Shown in pieces: positions 52,218-56,140 of a stretch of DNA of 56,140 nt (position 1 is the first letter of the stretch; each line of letters begins with the position of its first letter). The stretch spans positions 1-56,140 of the IMG/VR virus record IMGVR_UViG_2563366805_000004; one strand, given 5' to 3'. The DNA comes from a virus (taxonomy: Duplodnaviria; Heunggongvirae; Uroviricota; Caudoviricetes). A program made the translations under genes and the position numbers. Below the pieces are notes generated by a model. It ran no database searches, was not told the origin of the DNA, and worked only from the letters and a program-made list of their open reading frames with translations.

Positions 52218-53213
52218 TCAGGCCAGTACGCCAATTGCCAGTGCACGATCGATAAAACGAAATATCAGCTCCAGCTGGGAGCCATACTTCTCTTCAAATG
52301 CCACGGTATCCGCATGCAGCTCGTCGTGATGCTTTCTGCACAAAGGCAACACAAAGAGGTCATGCGCTTTTGTAGCCATTCCACCCTGACCGTGACCTAT
52401 CAGGTGGTGGGGATCATCAGCAGGTTTTCCACAACATGCGCACGGCTGCGTCTTAACCCATCGCGTGTACTTTTCATTAACCCAGCGGCGACGTTTGGGG
52501 CGTAACATAAAAGACTCCGGCGACTCCGGATCCACTTTCAGCGCCAGCACCTTTTTCGCCTTATCCTGGATGATGCTGGTGGCAGGAACCGAAGGCATAA
52601 GGTCACTTTCCCGGGTAACAGACGGCACAACAGGCTTCGGTAATCTCAGTGCCTTACGGGCTGCACTTTCCGGTAAGGCATCCGCCAGATCATTACGAAT
52701 CAGCCACCAGCACAGTTCCGGCATTGTCACAACGTGACTATCATCAAAACCGAGATCCCGACGCACAACAGACAACACCCAGCGGGCACAGTTATCCGTT
52801 GCCATTGATTCCAGCCGTTCCGTGAACTGATCGCGCAGCTGGTTATCGCAGTGCCAGCACAAACGGATTGCGCCCGGAGCGTGTCGCATTGTTGTCATGT
52901 TCTCGCTGTGCCAGTCGGAATGAGGCCACTGGCAGCCTTTTTCACGAAGTAACCAGCTTTCAAGACATTCCACGCCACCAGCACGACGGATCACTGCCTC
53001 ATTGCGGAACACGGCCCGAACGGCAGGATCATCCGCCAGCGGTTGTGATGCCGCCGGAACGGCACCACTGGCGAAAGATGAATAACGTTCCGGCTCAGGC
53101 TCCAGCAAGACACGCCCCTGCATAAACAAGGGCATCAGCTCTGAACCTGGTCTGAACAATACGATCCCCATACGCGGGGCAATTTCAGGGGTCAGTAGTG
53201 CTCTCACGGTCAC
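52218..53213 (-). CDS. DUF968 (YdfU-like) phage protein with C-terminal HNH-like Cys/His cluster
   Basis: C-terminus CACCGKPADDPHHL…LPLCRKHHDELH. Confidence 0.7.
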   Translation of the reverse strand: MTVRALLTPEIAPRMGIVLFRPGSELMPLFMQGRVLLEPEPERYSSFASGAVPAASQPLADDPAVRAVFRNEAVIRRAGGVECLESWLLREKGCQWPHSDWHSENMTTMRHAPGAIRLCWHCDNQLRDQFTERLESMATDNCARWVLSVVRRDLGFDDSHVVTMPELCWWLIRNDLADALPESAARKALRLPKPVVPSVTRESDLMPSVPATSIIQDKAKKVLALKVDPESPESFMLRPKRRRWVNEKYTRWVKTQPCACCGKPADDPHHLIGHGQGGMATKAHDLFVLPLCRKHHDELHADTVAFEEKYGSQLELIFRFIDRALAIGVLA

Positions 53214-53214
53214 C

Positions 53215-54024
53215 TCAATGAACGGTATCGAGCAGCTTTAACAGCTCAGGGAATCGGGATTCGAAGAAATGCGGCTGCGTCTCGCGCGGATTTGCGGGAC
53301 TGGTGATGTTCTTGCCGAACATGCAGCCTTTCGCCGTCAGCGACCAGAATTTTTTGATGTTGTTAATCGCAGTGCGGCTGTATCGTTCACGTTGTTCAAC
53401 GATCCCCAGCTTCGCCATCTGGTGATATGCCTGATTAGCTGTCAGGCGGATACCATACTGCTTCAGCAGTGCACTCAATGATAGCGTGGGGCGGCTTGAG
53501 CCATCAGGCGCGTCAGCAGGAGCATCAATGGCATAGCGCGGTGCCAGATTCGGTAAGCCAACAGCCTCCTGGAGTTTCTGACAGGCACCAAGCACTGAAG
53601 AGTTAGACAGGTTTAACTCCCGGCGCATAAAGTCCAGCAGGATCACGCCAGCCTGCATCTTGTCAGCAGCCTGTCCGGATAATTTTTCCGGTGCGCTGGT
53701 TACCATATCGAAAGTACGGATCACCTTCAGATGGAATGACGGGCTGATCCACATTGCATAGGCATACACCAGTTCCTTGCAGACATACGTTCCCCGTTCA
53801 TTTCCCCCATGAATCACACTCACCGGGTCAACACCCAAATTCTGGGTGTTGGTCAATTCATGAACAAGCTCAACAGTTTGTTGGCTGGAAAGAAACTTTC
53901 CCGGCTCCTTGGTTCTGGCATTTGCACCAGATGCTACTGCAGCGCGATGCAGATCGTTCAGGCTGTAACGCCCATAAGCATCACGACGAACTTCAATACC
54001 ATCAATGACCATCAGATTATTCAT
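53215..54024 (-). CDS. KilA-N domain antirepressor-like protein
   Basis: N-terminal KilA-N signature GTYVCKELVYAYAMWISPSFHLKV. Confidence 0.8.
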   Translation of the reverse strand: MNNLMVIDGIEVRRDAYGRYSLNDLHRAAVASGANARTKEPGKFLSSQQTVELVHELTNTQNLGVDPVSVIHGGNERGTYVCKELVYAYAMWISPSFHLKVIRTFDMVTSAPEKLSGQAADKMQAGVILLDFMRRELNLSNSSVLGACQKLQEAVGLPNLAPRYAIDAPADAPDGSSRPTLSLSALLKQYGIRLTANQAYHQMAKLGIVEQRERYSRTAINNIKKFWSLTAKGCMFGKNITSPANPRETQPHFFESRFPELLKLLDTVH

Positions 54025-54043
54025 ACTTCGTTTCTCCTCTTAA

Positions 54044-54433
54044 TCAGGCGGCTGCACCCGCCGTTTTCTCGTACTTACTGATAGTGATCTCGACCTTCCC
54101 TTCCGGGATAACCGGTCCCCACTCCACCAGCATTCTTTTCACCTGACTGTCGTCTTCCCACACACCCGCGTGGGTCAGGGCGTCAAACAGCGCCTTGTTA
54201 TAGTTGTCCAGATCGCGGATCCGGTTATCCGGAGGAAACAACACGATCTCCACTGAAGCAGGTGCCGACGTTGGTTTTGGCAGACGACGTAACTGCTCAA
54301 CTATTGCTGCACACGCCGCGCTCTGGAATTTGCGCCCCGCCGCGCTTATCAGGCTCTTACCTGCAAACGCCCCTTTGTTGGGGTGTCGCCAGTACGTGTT
54401 CACGCTGGGCGGGAAAGGCAGAATCAGCTTCAT
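54044..54433 (-). CDS. rusA: RusA-family Holliday junction resolvase
   Basis: 129 aa; PPSVNTYW and DLDNYNKALFDALT motifs. Confidence 0.85.
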   Translation of the reverse strand: MKLILPFPPSVNTYWRHPNKGAFAGKSLISAAGRKFQSAACAAIVEQLRRLPKPTSAPASVEIVLFPPDNRIRDLDNYNKALFDALTHAGVWEDDSQVKRMLVEWGPVIPEGKVEITISKYEKTAGAAA

Positions 54434-54756
54434 ACTTTCAGACCCCTCTCATGTAACCAGTGGGCTGCACGCAGCCTGGCGTTTTCCTCACCGGCAAGCA
54501 GTGAGCGGATAATCCCGACCGCCTCGCTGTCGTCGTCCTTCACCGCGGTATGAAGCGTTATCCCCCGGGCCACACCACGCTTTATCGTGATGACGCCTTT
54601 TTTCTCCAGTGCGCGAAGATGCTCCACCGCTGCATTCACTGAACGATATCCCAGCATGGTTGCCACCTCCTGATTGGTTGGCGGAAAGCCACGCTCTTTC
54701 TGGTAAGAAATCAGCATATCCAGCACCTGCTGCTGGCATTGAGTTAACGTCGTCAT
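54430..54756 (-). CDS. LexA-N-terminal-like winged-helix DNA-binding protein
   Basis: LTQCQQQVLDMLISYQKERGFPPTNQEVATMLGYRSVNAAVEHLRALEKKGVI resembles the LexA DNA-binding domain; no peptidase domain. Confidence 0.6.
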   Translation of the reverse strand: MTTLTQCQQQVLDMLISYQKERGFPPTNQEVATMLGYRSVNAAVEHLRALEKKGVITIKRGVARGITLHTAVKDDDSEAVGIIRSLLAGEENARLRAAHWLHERGLKV

Positions 54757-55406
54757 GCCGCCATCTCCCTGACCAGTTTTTCCGCCTGCTGGCGAACCTG
54801 CGCCAGAAACGCCTCACCACATGCCTCAAGTTCATCACGCCCGATGTAGCTGATTGCCGGTCCCTTCCAGGTCTTGTCGAAAACAGCAATAGCACCAGCG
54901 AAGAAAGCGCCTGTCGGCACCTGCTTCTCGTCCTTCGGTATAAACCAGGCAGGCAGTTCAAAACCAATACGCCCGCGAATAAAAGCAATATGATCTGCAT
55001 CTTCCGGCCACCACACTTCGCTGGTGGCCGCTTTGATCAGGAAAACATAGCGCCCGCCCTTATCACGCATGGCACTGGCATGTTTCATGATGTAACGCAT
55101 GCCGGTGATGTATTGCCCCTCATGCTGACTGGCGCGGCTGTACGGGGGATTACCAAAGGCAGCACCTTTAAGCTCCGCAAGACGTTCTGACCAGTCATGC
55201 GCCAGCGCGTTATCTTCCGCCGTGTAATACGCGGCACATTTGGCGTTATCACCGTCAGTAAACAGATCCAGAACAAACGGGCCAAACAGGGTGTTAATTC
55301 CCCAGAAAATGTTGTCCGGCGTGCGCCACTGATCGCCCACTTCCTTCAGTTCATGGGCTGGTTTGTTCCGCAGTTCCACCAGCGCCTGGCAATATTTATT
55401 ACTCAT
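54753..55406 (-). CDS. Phage N6-adenine DNA methyltransferase (Dam-like)
   Basis: NPPYS catalytic motif; start chosen at MSNKYCQ (TAATG overlap with upstream stop); listed ORF starts at 55439. Confidence 0.8.
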   Translation of the reverse strand: MSNKYCQALVELRNKPAHELKEVGDQWRTPDNIFWGINTLFGPFVLDLFTDGDNAKCAAYYTAEDNALAHDWSERLAELKGAAFGNPPYSRASQHEGQYITGMRYIMKHASAMRDKGGRYVFLIKAATSEVWWPEDADHIAFIRGRIGFELPAWFIPKDEKQVPTGAFFAGAIAVFDKTWKGPAISYIGRDELEACGEAFLAQVRQQAEKLVREMAA

Positions 55407-55900
55407 TAAGCCCCCACGTAATTCCCTGACAGATACCACTCTTCACCCGATGCAGCGCGCTTGCTGCTTTTCCGTAAGCACCGCTCACGACGCGCCAGAA
55501 AATTGTTTCGTTCTGGCTGGGAGTGGCTTTCACGGAATGCCGCCATCCACACGGTTGCAGCACGACGGTATAAGCCCCTGGACTCCAGTTCTTCCGCCTG
55601 GCGGGTCAGGCACAAAATCACCCGAGGATCGTTAGTGCCGACATAGAAATTGCGCACAGATCTGGTTTCTCGAACTGGTTGTGGTTCCGGTTCCTGCGCT
55701 CTCTCAGTCAGGCGCGGAAAATGTCTGCGTGTATCTCCTTCACAACGGTGAGCCACACGCCCACTCTGACGTAACTTGCTTGCAGACTGCAGAACGCGCT
55801 GCCGTGAGTAACCTGCAAAAGCATCCGCAATGTCTCCGGAAGTACACCCCGGATGGGCTTCAATGTATTTCTGAACTTCATTCAAAAGACTCATGATCAC
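55406..55900 (-). CDS. Hypothetical phage protein, possible DNA-binding
   Basis: 164-aa ORF coupled to flanking genes by overlaps; basic, Arg-rich. Confidence 0.5.
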   Translation of the reverse strand: MIMSLLNEVQKYIEAHPGCTSGDIADAFAGYSRQRVLQSASKLRQSGRVAHRCEGDTRRHFPRLTERAQEPEPQPVRETRSVRNFYVGTNDPRVILCLTRQAEELESRGLYRRAATVWMAAFRESHSQPERNNFLARRERCLRKSSKRAASGEEWYLSGNYVGA

Positions 55901-56139
55901 CCCCTGAATCCTGCCGGGATCTGGCTGTAGTCCACGTTGTCGTAACTGGCTTTGAAGTACGGGTCTTCGCGTTTTTCGGTGTACGTGCTGACGGACGGCG
56001 ATAAGCGCAGGGAAAGCTCATCCCATTTTTCCCGCAGCTTCGACGGGCTGAGCACGTTACGGCACCAGAACGGATCGCGGCTGACGCGGCTGTACATCTC
56101 GCAGATTTGTTTGTGAGTACGACCATCCTGCACACACAT
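55897..56139 (-). CDS. Hypothetical phage protein, probably 5'-partial (start beyond window end)
   Basis: ORF reaches the window edge; ATGA overlap with downstream gene. Confidence 0.4.
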   Translation of the reverse strand: MCVQDGRTHKQICEMYSRVSRDPFWCRNVLSPSKLREKWDELSLRLSPSVSTYTEKREDPYFKASYDNVDYSQIPAGFRG

Positions 56140-56140
56140 C

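Overview
The window reads as three juxtaposed mobile/accessory blocks, most plausibly from E. coli or a close enterobacterium. (i) 1-9746, minus strand: a tightly packed six-gene putative defence operon headed by a BrxR-like WYL regulator, followed by an SNF2-type helicase, a DUF4391-like protein, an OLD-family ATPase-Toprim nuclease, a DUF2130-like Zn-ribbon/coiled-coil protein and a Type III Mod-like adenine methyltransferase that runs off the window start. (ii) 10.1-19.6 kb: the conserved backbone of a CP4-57-like integrative element (yfjP-yfjQ-yfjR-ypjK-yfjS-yfjT, antirestriction, RadC-like, DUF987, CbeA/CbtA toxin-antitoxin), with three atypical inserts: a cysteine-rich mini-ORF, an AT-rich 540-aa orphan and a very acidic small protein. 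(iii) 20-56 kb: a lambdoid prophage on the minus strand, from nin-region genes and Q through a phage-21-type lysis cassette, lambda-family terminase, portal, protease-capsid fusion and a lambda-like tail set (V, G/T, H, M, L, K, I, J, lom, stf, tfa), to a cargo region carrying an EcoRII-like restriction-modification pair and a solo GIY-YIG protein. The two strongest candidates for an undescribed system are the regulator-headed helicase/DUF4391/OLD/DUF2130/methyltransferase operon and an AT-rich two-gene cassette (308-aa soluble protein plus 4-TM membrane protein) inserted antisense between Q and the lysis genes. All calls are from reading translations and motifs by eye; no database search was run.
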